From positions 2,624,001 to 2,688,000 of the forward strand of contig CAWGMQ010000004.1 in the NCBI GenBank assembly GCA_963823665.1: a stretch of 64,000 nt of DNA, in the 5' to 3' direction. Made by a program: the position numbers and the translations under genes. Source of the stretch: an uncultured Planctomycetota bacterium. Lineage in GTDB: Bacteria; Planctomycetota; Planctomycetia; Isosphaerales; Isosphaeraceae. How positions within the stretch are numbered: position 1 is the stretch's first letter; each line of letters begins with the position of its first letter. A model generated the notes under the pieces. The model did not search any database, was not told where the DNA came from, and saw only the letters and a list, made by a program, of their open reading frames with translations. Below, in pieces: positions 42,224-51,872 of this stretch.

Positions 42224-43225
42224 ATGACCCGCCGCTACGTAAGTCAGCTCGCCAATGGCGATTCGGTCGATGATGCGTTTCTCGTCGCTGACAAGCAGCT
42301 TCGGGCCAATCGCCAGGGGAATCTCTATCTCAACCTGGAACTCCGGGACAAGACGGGGACGGTCGGCGCACGGCTCTGGAACGCGTCGGAGAATCTAGCG
42401 CGACTGTTCGAGCCTGGTGATTTTCTGCACGTGCGGGGCAAGACGCAAGTCTTCCAGGGGTCATTGCAGATCATCCTCAACCATCTGGAAGTCGTCGATC
42501 CTTCACAGATCGAGGCGGAAGATTTCCTGCCGCAGAGCACGCAGAACATCCCCAAGCTCCTGGCACGCCTCAAAGAGGTGCTCCTGGGTATGGGCAACCC
42601 CCATCTGCGGGCGCTCGTCGAGTGCTTTTTGATCGACGACGGCTTCATGCGAAAATTCACGACAGCGCCGGCGGGCATCAAGAATCACCACGCCTATCAG
42701 GGAGGCTTGATCGAGCACGTCGTCAACCTTCTGAACGTCGCGGACCGGATCACGGAGTTCTACCCCGAGCTGGACCGCGATCTGCTCTTATCGGGAATCT
42801 TCCTCCACGACATCGGCAAGGTCGACGAGCTCTCGTATGACCGCGCGTTTGCTTACACCGACGAAGGGCAGCTCGTCGGACACCTGGTGATGGGCGTGGA
42901 GATGCTCGCGGAAAAAGTCGCCCGGTCAACCGAGTTGACCGGAGAATCTTTTCCACCGGAGCTGCTGCTCAGGCTGAAGCACATGATCGTGAGCCATCAC
43001 GGCTCGTTTGAGTTCGGAAGCCCCAAATTGCCGATGACGCTCGAAGCGGTTGCTCTGCACTACCTGGACAACCTCGACGCCAAGCTGCACACATTCGGCC
43101 GGGAGATCCGTGACGACCCGAGCCGCGACTCGAGCTGGACGCCATTCCAGCAGAGCCTGGGGCGACGTCTGTTCAAGGGGAGCACTCCGGCTCCAGAAAA
43201 CGGCGATTCCGGCGACGTGCCATGA
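42224..43225 (+). CDS. 3'-5' exoribonuclease YhaM family (OB fold + HD)
   Basis: LRDKTG, NHHAYQGGLIEH, LHDIGK, GHL, SHHG..GSP. Confidence 0.92.
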   Translation: MTRRYVSQLANGDSVDDAFLVADKQLRANRQGNLYLNLELRDKTGTVGARLWNASENLARLFEPGDFLHVRGKTQVFQGSLQIILNHLEVVDPSQIEAEDFLPQSTQNIPKLLARLKEVLLGMGNPHLRALVECFLIDDGFMRKFTTAPAGIKNHHAYQGGLIEHVVNLLNVADRITEFYPELDRDLLLSGIFLHDIGKVDELSYDRAFAYTDEGQLVGHLVMGVEMLAEKVARSTELTGESFPPELLLRLKHMIVSHHGSFEFGSPKLPMTLEAVALHYLDNLDAKLHTFGREIRDDPSRDSSWTPFQQSLGRRLFKGSTPAPENGDSGDVP

Positions 43226-43289
43226 GGCCGAATTGAGCTGGCCGGAGATGGTCAAGACAGACCGGTGATCGTCAAAAGAGGCAAGCACC

Positions 43290-45610
43290 ATGGCCGAATT
43301 TGCCGAGAGTGTCGTGGGGCTCGTGGCTCAGCCGGCCTACCGCCCGATGACGCTGAAGGCGATGTCGCGTCACCTGCAAGTCGATGGGGACGCTTATCCG
43401 GAGTTCCGGCGAACGATCAAGGACTTGATTCGCGACGGGAAGCTTCGGCTGGCGAAAGACAAAACGCTCAGCCTCCCCGATCGGTCGGGCATGATAGTGG
43501 GGCTGTTCCGGCGGTCGGGCAAAGGCTTCGGATTCGTGCGTCCACACCATGCCACCGGCGGCATCGACCAGGTGTACATCGCGCCTGAGGCCACGCGCGA
43601 CGCGTCGACCGGCGACGAGGTTACGGTGAGGATCACACGCGGAGCGCGGCGGGGAGGTTTCAATGCTGAGGGGAAGATTGTCGAGGTGCTCACGCGGGCT
43701 GCGGCGGTTTTCGTCGGCAGCTATTTTGAGGCAGGGGCGACGAGCTTCGTGAAGGTAGACGGCACGACGTTCAACGAGCCGATCTCGGTGGGTGACCCCG
43801 GAGCGAAGGGGGCCAGGCCGGGCGACAAGGTCGTGATCGAGATCGTGCAATATCCGTCGCCCGACCGCGGCGGAGAAGGGGTGATCATCGAGGTTCTGGG
43901 CCCGCACGGTCAGCCGGGGGTCGACACTCTGAGCGTGATTCGCGCTTTCAATATCCCCGATACTTTTGACGACGCGGAACTCGAGGAGGCACGAGAGCAG
44001 GCACGACTGTTCGACGAGACGGCGATCGGCTCGCGGGAGGACTTGATTGCGGTGCGAACGGTGACGATCGACCCGGCGAACGCGCGAGATTTCGATGATG
44101 CGATCTCGCTGGCGCACGACGAAAAGGGGAACTGGAGCCTTGCTGTCCACATCGCAGACGTTGCCTACTTTGTGCGGCCTGGATCGGCGCTGGACCGCGT
44201 TGCGAGGAACCGTGGAACGAGCGTGTACCTTCCGGACCGGGTGATCCCCATGCTTCCGGAAGTCATCTCGAACGCCCTTGCCAGTCTTCAGGCCGGCCGA
44301 ACACGGTACACGGTGAGGCGCATCTGGACTTCAACCCTGAAGGAATCTTGACCGCCGCACGGTTTGCGCGATCAGCCATCAGAGTCGACCATCGATTTAC
44401 GTACGAGCAGGCGCACGTGGTGATGAAGGCGCCCGAATCGCCGCATGCCGGCGTCGCGCCGGAGACAGCGGCCATGCTCGGTGAAATGCTCGAGCTGGCG
44501 ATGATCCTGCGACGGCGCCGGTTCGCGCGGGGGGCCCTTGAGCTTTCCCTGCCGGAAGTCGAGATCGAGCTCGCCGCGGACGGCCGGGTCACGGGCGCGC
44601 ATCTTGCCCAGCACGACGAGAGCCACCAGATGATCGAAGAGTTCATGCTGGCCGCGAACGAGGCGGTTGCCAGCACATTGGCCGCAAACGAAATCGGGTT
44701 CCTGCGGCGAGCTCATCCTAACCCGGAGCCGTTCAAGCTCGATGAATTCGCGGAATTCGCGCGCAGCCTCGGTCTGGAGATCGAACAACCCCAGAGCCGG
44801 TTCGAGCTTCAGCGCGTGCTGCACCAGACGATCGGGAGCCCGGAAGAATATGCGGTGCATTACGGTCTCTGCGCAGCTTGAAACAAGCAAGCTACACACC
44901 GGAGCTCGAAGGTCACTTCGCGCTGGCGAGCCAGAACTACTGCCACTTCACCTCGCCGATCCGGCGCTATCCTGATCTACACGTCCATCGACAGTTAATC
45001 GCATGGCTCGATGCCAAGAAGCCCCGCAGCAAACACGACGAACTGATTGCGCTGGGGCAGCACTGCACGCGCACCGAGCGGAGGGCCGAAGCGGCCGAGC
45101 GCGACTTGATCAAACTCAAGCTGCTGCATTACCTGAGCGATCGGGTCGGGCAAGCCTTTCACGGAATCATCATCGGGGTGGAAGATTTCGGACTTTTTCT
45201 GCAGGCTGGGTGAGCTGCCGATTGACGGCTTGATCCACGTCTCGAGCCTGAGCGATGATTTTTACTACCTGGAGGGCGGAACGCACACGCTGGTCGGGCG
45301 CCGATCCGGCCGCCGGCATCGGCTGGGAGACCGCGAGCTTGTGCGCATCGCTCACGTCGACGTCGATCGACGCGTTCTCGATCTCACGCTGGCGGATACG
45401 ATCCATTCGCAGGCGCGCCGGCCCGCCACGTCCCGGAGGACCATCGGTCCGCCGGCGGCATATTCACCACAAAAAGCTCGGCGGGCCGCACGCTCGGACG
45501 ACAACGCCCTGATAGGCGAGACGGCCGGTCAGCCTCTCGAACACCGGAAGAAACCTGGAAAGAACCGAAAAAAGAACGGCAGACGATCCCGCAAGAAGAA
45601 CAAATCCTAA
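43290..45610 (+). CDS. rnr: Ribonuclease R, split by three indels (about 44317, 44868, 45195)
   Basis: GFGFV, TIDPANARDFDDA, RGTSVYL, IEEFMLAANE, HFTSPIRRYPD, S1 domain, basic tail. Confidence 0.92.
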
Positions 45611-45629
45611 CAACAAAACGACCCACGAT

Positions 45630-45926
45630 TCACGAGAGCGGTGAAGCCGAGTTTGCCTGGCGAACCAACTCCGCCGACGGGAGCTCGAGCAACACCGTCT
45701 CGATGCCGTCAGGATCGAGATCCACCACAAAGAACCATCTGGAACAGCTTTCGCACGTTCCAAGCATTTGCATCGGTTGCCAAAGATCAGGCTGATGAAG
45801 CCCGAGCGGAACCTCGCAATCGGGACAACTAAGCGAATTGGCACCATCGTTCGTCGCGGTGCCACGCGCCACAAGTTCGAGTGATTCACGATGTACGGGA
45901 GAGGATCCCGGACGGGAAGGTTGCAA
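45630..45926 (-). CDS. Small CxxC-CxxC hypothetical protein
   Basis: CPDC..LHQPD..LGTCESCSRW. Confidence 0.6.
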   Translation of the reverse strand: MQPSRPGSSPVHRESLELVARGTATNDGANSLSCPDCEVPLGLHQPDLWQPMQMLGTCESCSRWFFVVDLDPDGIETVLLELPSAELVRQANSASPLS

Positions 45927-46336
45927 CTTTACCTCCCTGCTTTTCCTCAGCGTCTAGACCGAGTGCGATGAGCCTCGTGCACATCCCGAAGCAGAGCGAG
46001 AGAGTACCTAGTTAGGCGGCGATCTGCTTTAAATATCATATTCGTCCGATTTAATAGTGCAATGCGAGAAAATGAAGAAAAGATACGCCTAACTGAGCTA
46101 CTCCTAACTGAGATGGATGTGACTTGCCCGTGCCCGAGACAGGAGAGAATCTCGACACAATTGCATCGGCCGTAATGACTAATGACGGGAGCGAGTGTCG
46201 GTGGCAGTAGATTTGGTCTTCCCAGAAACGGCAGGCGCGCGCACACTCACGCTCAAATGCGCGGAGATGAATCAAATCGATTGCATGGATCAATTCTAGC
46301 TCGTTCGAGCGTTGAATCGGCAGGGAGGCAAGTTGG

Positions 46337-47329
46337 ATGCGAAGGCTAAAGAGGGTGTTTGGGTCATGCTCGCTGGCGATGGTGTGGTGTGTATCCGCGA
46401 TGCCTGTGTCCGGGCAGACCGTTGAGCGCGACACGACGGTCACGGGCCCTCGCGGGCGGACGATCGAACGGCAAGTGGAGATCCAGCGTAAGCCGGGATC
46501 CATTCAACGGGATATTGAGATCAAGCGGCCGGGCGGAACCTTTGAACGTCAGGTGCAAGTCCAACGCGCGGGTGGTGTGCCCAGGCGTGGACCGATGATC
46601 GCGGGACCTTGGCCGCGGCCACCGTGGATTCCGCGGACGGTCGTGGTCGGTGGGCCCGCGCCAGCCTTTGGGTTTGGGCTGCTCGCTGCCCCCATGCTCA
46701 ATTTCTCGTTCGGCGGGGTAGGGGGGGGCGGAGGCGGAGGCCCAGTTGCGCCTTTTGGGGGCCCGGGCCCAGGCGGCGGACCGCCGGGTGTTGCCCCGCC
46801 CCCAGACGAAGTTGCCTTGGTGACGCAGAGATTGCAGAGTTTCTACTCGAATAACCGAAAGGAAGCGGCTTACAAGCTGGGACAGCTCGGCGACCCCCGC
46901 GCCATTCCGTCGCTAGTTCATGTGCTGAAGTACGATTTGCACAAGGACGTGCGGATTGCGTCTGCGATCGCGCTGGGTGAAATCGGCGGAAGTGAGAGTG
47001 CGATCGCACTTGAACGATCGTCGATCTACGACCACAAGGAAGATGTCCGCCATGCGTGTGCGACTGCGCTCGAGCGATTGAACGCAAAGGCAAAGGCCGC
47101 TGCGCCAAACGCGCCGCAGATGGTGAGGCCGCGTGGCGTGCCCATGCCGCCGGAACCGACGACCTCGTCGCCTTTCCGGCGAAATTCGGAGACGCTCGAG
47201 CACCCCGTCCCCGCCCAGGCGCCTGCGGATGAACCAGAGGCACGACCGGCACAGGCCGATCCGGCGGTGAATCAGCCGCCGCCGCCGCCGACACCTGTTA
47301 CGGAAAGCCCGCGCGGCGAGGGTGGATGA
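46337..47329 (+). CDS. Secreted HEAT-repeat protein
   Basis: RBS GGGAGG, signal peptide, RKEAAYKLGQLGD, VRIASAIALGEIG. Confidence 0.82.
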   Translation: MRRLKRVFGSCSLAMVWCVSAMPVSGQTVERDTTVTGPRGRTIERQVEIQRKPGSIQRDIEIKRPGGTFERQVQVQRAGGVPRRGPMIAGPWPRPPWIPRTVVVGGPAPAFGFGLLAAPMLNFSFGGVGGGGGGGPVAPFGGPGPGGGPPGVAPPPDEVALVTQRLQSFYSNNRKEAAYKLGQLGDPRAIPSLVHVLKYDLHKDVRIASAIALGEIGGSESAIALERSSIYDHKEDVRHACATALERLNAKAKAAAPNAPQMVRPRGVPMPPEPTTSSPFRRNSETLEHPVPAQAPADEPEARPAQADPAVNQPPPPPTPVTESPRGEGG

Positions 47330-47347
47330 CGTGATCGGGGTCGAGAG

Positions 47348-49126
47348 CTAGCGAGCTTGGACCCCATCTCGAGCAGAACGCGCGACCGGATTCTGCTTGT
47401 AACCCGTCAGTCCTTGATACTCCCTGCAGACTGCGATATCCCAGGAACCGATGATCACACCGCGCTCGCGGACGGTCAGTCGTTCGCTGGAATCGATTTT
47501 GCGGAAGACACCTTTGCGATACATATGCCAGGAATAGCTGGGGGGCATATTGGAGTCTTCCACAATCACCACCGGGCGATTCTTGAAGAGCTCGGGTTCA
47601 TGACGCGGGTTCGGGTGCCAAAGGTCGTGCTGGTTCACAGGTGCGGATGACATACCGTAGTTCCAGCTCAGGCAGTAAGTTTCCGGTTGGCCCGGGAGAT
47701 AGAAGGAAAGCGTCGATGTCAGGGCGTAGGTTGCGGTGAGGACGAACGGCGACTCGCCGTTGGCCTCAAGCGATCGCACTTTCTCGGCGACCGCGCGAGC
47801 GAGCACTTGATGGCCGCGGAGTCGCGCGGTGGGCTCGAGCAGCCGGAATGGAGCTGCCCAGCGATTGGTCGGGGCGGGAACCCAGCGCGCAAGTGCGGGA
47901 TAGAACCACTCCATGTGATGGACGGCGATCACCGCAGCGAGCGAGAAACACCATCCGGCGACGATTGCGCGGGTTTTCCAGCCGCCGTGAGAGAGAATAT
48001 GGTCGACCCGAACGGCGATCAGCACGACGAGAGAGATATATCCGGGCACCATCCAGTTGGCCTCAGTCTCCCCCAACAGACTCGCGGCGAAGCACGCGCA
48101 CCAAAGAACCCCCCAGAGACACAGAAGATACATGAGTCCACTTTGAAGCCCTACTATCCCGTCGGCCGAGCCGCTTCCCTCGGAAACTACGCTGCGGTGT
48201 ACGCGTAGCAACCGCATGGCGATCCCGGCGAGGCAGACTAAACCGACAAGCCACCAAATCACACCGAGCGTAAGTGCTTCACCCCCGAGAAAGCTAATGA
48301 CAGGCCAGATGCTCGCCCAATGTGAGCGTGATGATAGGCCGACGCGATCCGCCAGTTGATGGCCCCCGGCCCAGGAGTGCTGGGCGTTCCAGACCCAGAT
48401 GGGCAGCAGGCCCAATCCGCAACAGAGGAGCGACATGATCCAGAAGCCACTCCGCATAAGCTGCCGGCGATGGGCCGGGCTGACGAGCAAGAAAAGGCCG
48501 ACCGAGGCGGGGAAAGCGAGGAATGAATACTTGGCGAGGACGCCGAGAGCACCGATTGCACCAGCGGCGAGCCAGGCGCGAATGTTATCCGCTTTCAGGG
48601 CCTGGTAAGACCAGACAGCGGCCCACGCCCAACAGCAAACCAGTGGTGTGTCACTGGTAACGATCACTCCGCCGAGAGCGAAGATTGGAATCGCCGGAAG
48701 CAGCAGGACAGCGATCAGGCCGGTGCGGTGGCTCGAGGTCGTGAGCACCGCGAGGCGATAGATCGCCCAGGCAGTCAGACCGCCGAGAATCACGCAAGGA
48801 AAGCGGACCGCAAACATCAACGAACCTGTGAACTTGAGGCTCCAGGCGCCGAAAAGCTCTGTGCCCAAGCGAATCAGCCAAGCAACGGCGGGACCGCGGG
48901 AGTAGTAGCTCCAGTCGAGCCTGCGCGACCAGCTCCAGTATTCGGCCTCGTCGCTGCAAAGATCCCAATCGCATCCCCAGAGGAGGAACACAGTTTGTGC
49001 GAGCATCACCGCCACGATTGCGGCAGCGGCGACGCGGGCAACCGGGTTGGATTCGGGGGCGAGCGAATATGTTGTCGAGAGCCGAAATGCGGGCGCACGA
49101 CGGAACTGTGCAGTCATCCGCGACAT
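47348..49126 (-). CDS. ArnT/PMT-like (GT-C) membrane glycosyltransferase
   Basis: DEAEYWSWSRRLDWSYYSRGP, SDTPL, LAKY, WVWNAQH; many TMs. Confidence 0.88.
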   Translation of the reverse strand: MSRMTAQFRRAPAFRLSTTYSLAPESNPVARVAAAAIVAVMLAQTVFLLWGCDWDLCSDEAEYWSWSRRLDWSYYSRGPAVAWLIRLGTELFGAWSLKFTGSLMFAVRFPCVILGGLTAWAIYRLAVLTTSSHRTGLIAVLLLPAIPIFALGGVIVTSDTPLVCCWAWAAVWSYQALKADNIRAWLAAGAIGALGVLAKYSFLAFPASVGLFLLVSPAHRRQLMRSGFWIMSLLCCGLGLLPIWVWNAQHSWAGGHQLADRVGLSSRSHWASIWPVISFLGGEALTLGVIWWLVGLVCLAGIAMRLLRVHRSVVSEGSGSADGIVGLQSGLMYLLCLWGVLWCACFAASLLGETEANWMVPGYISLVVLIAVRVDHILSHGGWKTRAIVAGWCFSLAAVIAVHHMEWFYPALARWVPAPTNRWAAPFRLLEPTARLRGHQVLARAVAEKVRSLEANGESPFVLTATYALTSTLSFYLPGQPETYCLSWNYGMSSAPVNQHDLWHPNPRHEPELFKNRPVVIVEDSNMPPSYSWHMYRKGVFRKIDSSERLTVRERGVIIGSWDIAVCREYQGLTGYKQNPVARSARDGVQAR

Positions 49127-49351
49127 GCGACGAGCGCCTCATACGCCGAGAAGAAGTGTAGGGAGATTGATCGCAGCCGAAGTCAGGATGAACGCCCGGA
49201 GTCGGGCGCAGATCCGACACATCGAGGCGGATCACCGCATCGAGCAGGTTGCGTGTCATGGTTATCGGCAGCCCAAGCCGCAAACTCGAGAAGTTCCGGC
49301 GGGCGCGGTGACGTAGCGATGAGCAAGGGTGCGGAGATTGGCGGAGTTGAC

Positions 49352-50664
49352 TTAGCTTGCGTCGAGCGGCCGGATCGGGTTAAGCACAAGCCCGGTGAGC
49401 AGCTTGGGATAAAAATAGGTGCTCTTGGCGGGCATCGTTTCGAGCTTGGAGGCGATGCTTTCTACGTGGCTCATGCGGGCGGCAGGGACCAAGCACGCAA
49501 CATCGCAGGCCAGGGCGGAAACGTCCGCGAGTACCTCGCCGATCGAGTGAACGTAACGGAGATCGGGCCGAGGATTTGTCGAGAGTAACTCGCCGAGTAC
49601 AAGTACCTGCAGCACGCTCACGCCCAGGCTACGCCAATCGGGGCTCCGCTCCGGGGCCAATCGATCCATGGCGGCATCGGACCGGAGCCTGGCGAGCAAC
49701 CATCGGCCGTCGGCGACCGTCCCGAACGCGAGCATGTCTTGCTCGCCCGAGTGGTCAATTTGCTGCCATGCCATCCGGCAGCCAGCTTCACCGGTGCCGG
49801 CTTGCGTGATCTCGAACTCAGGGTCGAGCCGGGTGGCCAGCGCTTCGGCGGTGAGAACCGGGAAAGCCAGAGATCAGCCGGTGGGTCGGGAGGATCATGA
49901 GCCCTGGGTCGCTCATCCCGACCAACATCATGAGGCAGAAGTCAGAAGGGTCGTCGTGCCGCAGCGGCGCGCCGGCTCGACCGAGCTCTGCCTGATACTT
50001 GAGAGCGGTCTCGTAGCGGTGGTGGCCATCCGCGATGAAAACGGGCTTTCCGGCCATCAAACCAGAGATCTGAGTGTGAACCTCCTGATCGCTCACGACC
50101 CAGAGACGGTTCTGGACACCGAGGTGGTCGGTTGCCACGAGGGGAGTGCGGTCGCGCACGCCGGTCTCGAGGGTACGCTGCACCTGAGCAAGCGTGTCTG
50201 GATAAAGTCCAAAGATCGGGCTCAAGTTGAACCCGGTGGCTTTGTAGAGGGCAAGGCGGTCGGCCTTGGGGCCGTCCAATGTCTGCTCGTGGGGAAAGAT
50301 CTTCCCTTTGCCGATCGGCTCGAGCCGGACTCGCGCCAGGAAACCCTTGGCGCGTGCTGCTGGCCGTCGACCTCGAACGTTTGTTCGTAGACGTAAAATG
50401 CCGGGTGCTCGTCTTCGCGCAGAATGCCCTGGCGAAGCCAGTCTTTCAGAAACCTGGCCGCCCGCGCATAGCGATCGTGGGTGCCGGAGTCACCAGGTTC
50501 ATCCCGGTTCAGCTCCAAGCGGATCACGTTATACGGGCTGGCCTGATAGAGCTTGTCCTGCAGGGCGCGTCGATCACATCGTAGGGGGGCGCGACAACGT
50601 CGGACAGTGTTCCGACACGTGCGACGTCATAGCGGACTCCCCGGAACGGACTCACGTCGGGCAT
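49352..50664 (-). CDS. DUF1015 family protein, several indels
   Basis: PFRGVRY, APPYDVI, PHE, IADGHHRYETA, PTHR, MPAKSTYFYPK across frames. Confidence 0.85.
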
Positions 50665-50707
50665 TGCGGTCGATCCTCGTCGGGAGCGTCAGGTCCCCAT
50701 CTTCCAG

Positions 50708-51028
50708 CTATTGAGATACTTTTTGTGCATGGCTGTCAGGGTATCGAGCGAGCTTCACATGGTCTTCAGCTTCAATCAAGCCGGGCTCCGGCTCGGGAGG
50801 GACAAGCCCGCTCAGCAAGCTCGACAAGACCATTCCATAAGCACGTGCTTGTGTGGGCGCCAGACTGCCACAGCGTGTCACCAGCGATTCGAGCTCAGCC
50901 CAGTCCGATTCGGACATCGCCACACGCAGAGCCTTGCTCACCCACTCCTCGGGTAAGAGCGGGTGCAACGGCCGCAGCCCACGCTCTTGCTCGGGACGCC
51001 GCCGACGGCCTAAGCGATCGCGCTGCAT
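50708..51028 (-). CDS. Small hypothetical protein
   Basis: ORF with plausible composition, co-oriented with the DUF1015 gene. Confidence 0.45.
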   Translation of the reverse strand: MQRDRLGRRRRPEQERGLRPLHPLLPEEWVSKALRVAMSESDWAELESLVTRCGSLAPTQARAYGMVLSSLLSGLVPPEPEPGLIEAEDHVKLARYPDSHAQKVSQ

Positions 51029-51302
51029 ACACATCACCTGGAAAACAACACGGCCAAACCCGATCAAGGTTTCACAAGAGACCCACCGTAGCACACACGT
51101 ACGTGTGTATCAACAAGCTTCCGCAGATTCTCGGGGGCCAGTTGGCCGATCGCTCGAGTTCGGCATTCTGGACGTGCTAACGGGATCCGGACTTTTGACC
51201 GGATCCTGGTCGAGCCGGTAAAATCCACGGGTGTTTCGTCGAATGGAAGGGCGGTCTTTCAGTCTCGAGTTTTGACGGCGATATTGAGGGAGGACGATCG
51301 GA

Positions 51303-51872
51303 GTGGTTCCGGCCAAGGATTTCAAACGTAGGATGGTCGTCGAGATCGACGGCGCTCCGCACATGATCGAGCAGATTCAGGTTCAAACTCCGTCTGCCCG
51401 CGGCGCAGCCACGCTATACAAGATCAAGGCGCGAAACCTTAAATCGAAGAACCGCGTGGAGAAGTCTTACCGTGGCACGGACTCGCTCACTGAGTCGAGC
51501 TTCGAGCGCCGGCCGGTCCAGTTCCTCTACCGTGATCCCGACGCGCTTCATTTCATGGATTCGGCGACATTCAATCAATTCTCATTCCCGATCGAGGAAC
51601 TGCGTGATCAGGCGCCGTTCATGACCGAGAACATGGAGGGTGTGGAGTCACTTGTCGTTGACGACGAAGTGATCGCCATCGAGCTGCCAGACACTGTCGA
51701 ACTGCCGATCGTCGAGACGGCTCCGGGCGTCCGCGGCAACTCGGCCACAGGGCGCACCAAACCCGCCGCGCTCTCGACGGGCTACGTGGTTCAGGTGCCC
51801 GAGCATCTTGATCAAGGTGAGATCGTCCGCGTCGACACCCGCACTGGTGAATACCTGGGTCGGGTGAGCTGA
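51303..51872 (+). CDS. yeiP: Elongation factor P-like protein (EfpL/YeiP type)
   Basis: TPSARGAATLYK loop, QFLY, HFMD, RGNSATGRTKPA, VDTRTGEY. Confidence 0.85.
   Translation: MVPAKDFKRRMVVEIDGAPHMIEQIQVQTPSARGAATLYKIKARNLKSKNRVEKSYRGTDSLTESSFERRPVQFLYRDPDALHFMDSATFNQFSFPIEELRDQAPFMTENMEGVESLVVDDEVIAIELPDTVELPIVETAPGVRGNSATGRTKPAALSTGYVVQVPEHLDQGEIVRVDTRTGEYLGRVS

Noticed and set aside
44300..45200. Programmed ribosomal frameshifting in rnr, dnaG or rpoD
   Set aside because: No consistent slippery motif and mixed indel signs; sequencing error is the simpler explanation.
45930..46330. AT-rich intergenic region with direct repeat CCTAACTGAG x2
   Set aside because: Consistent with an ordinary divergent promoter region; too little evidence to assign a regulator.
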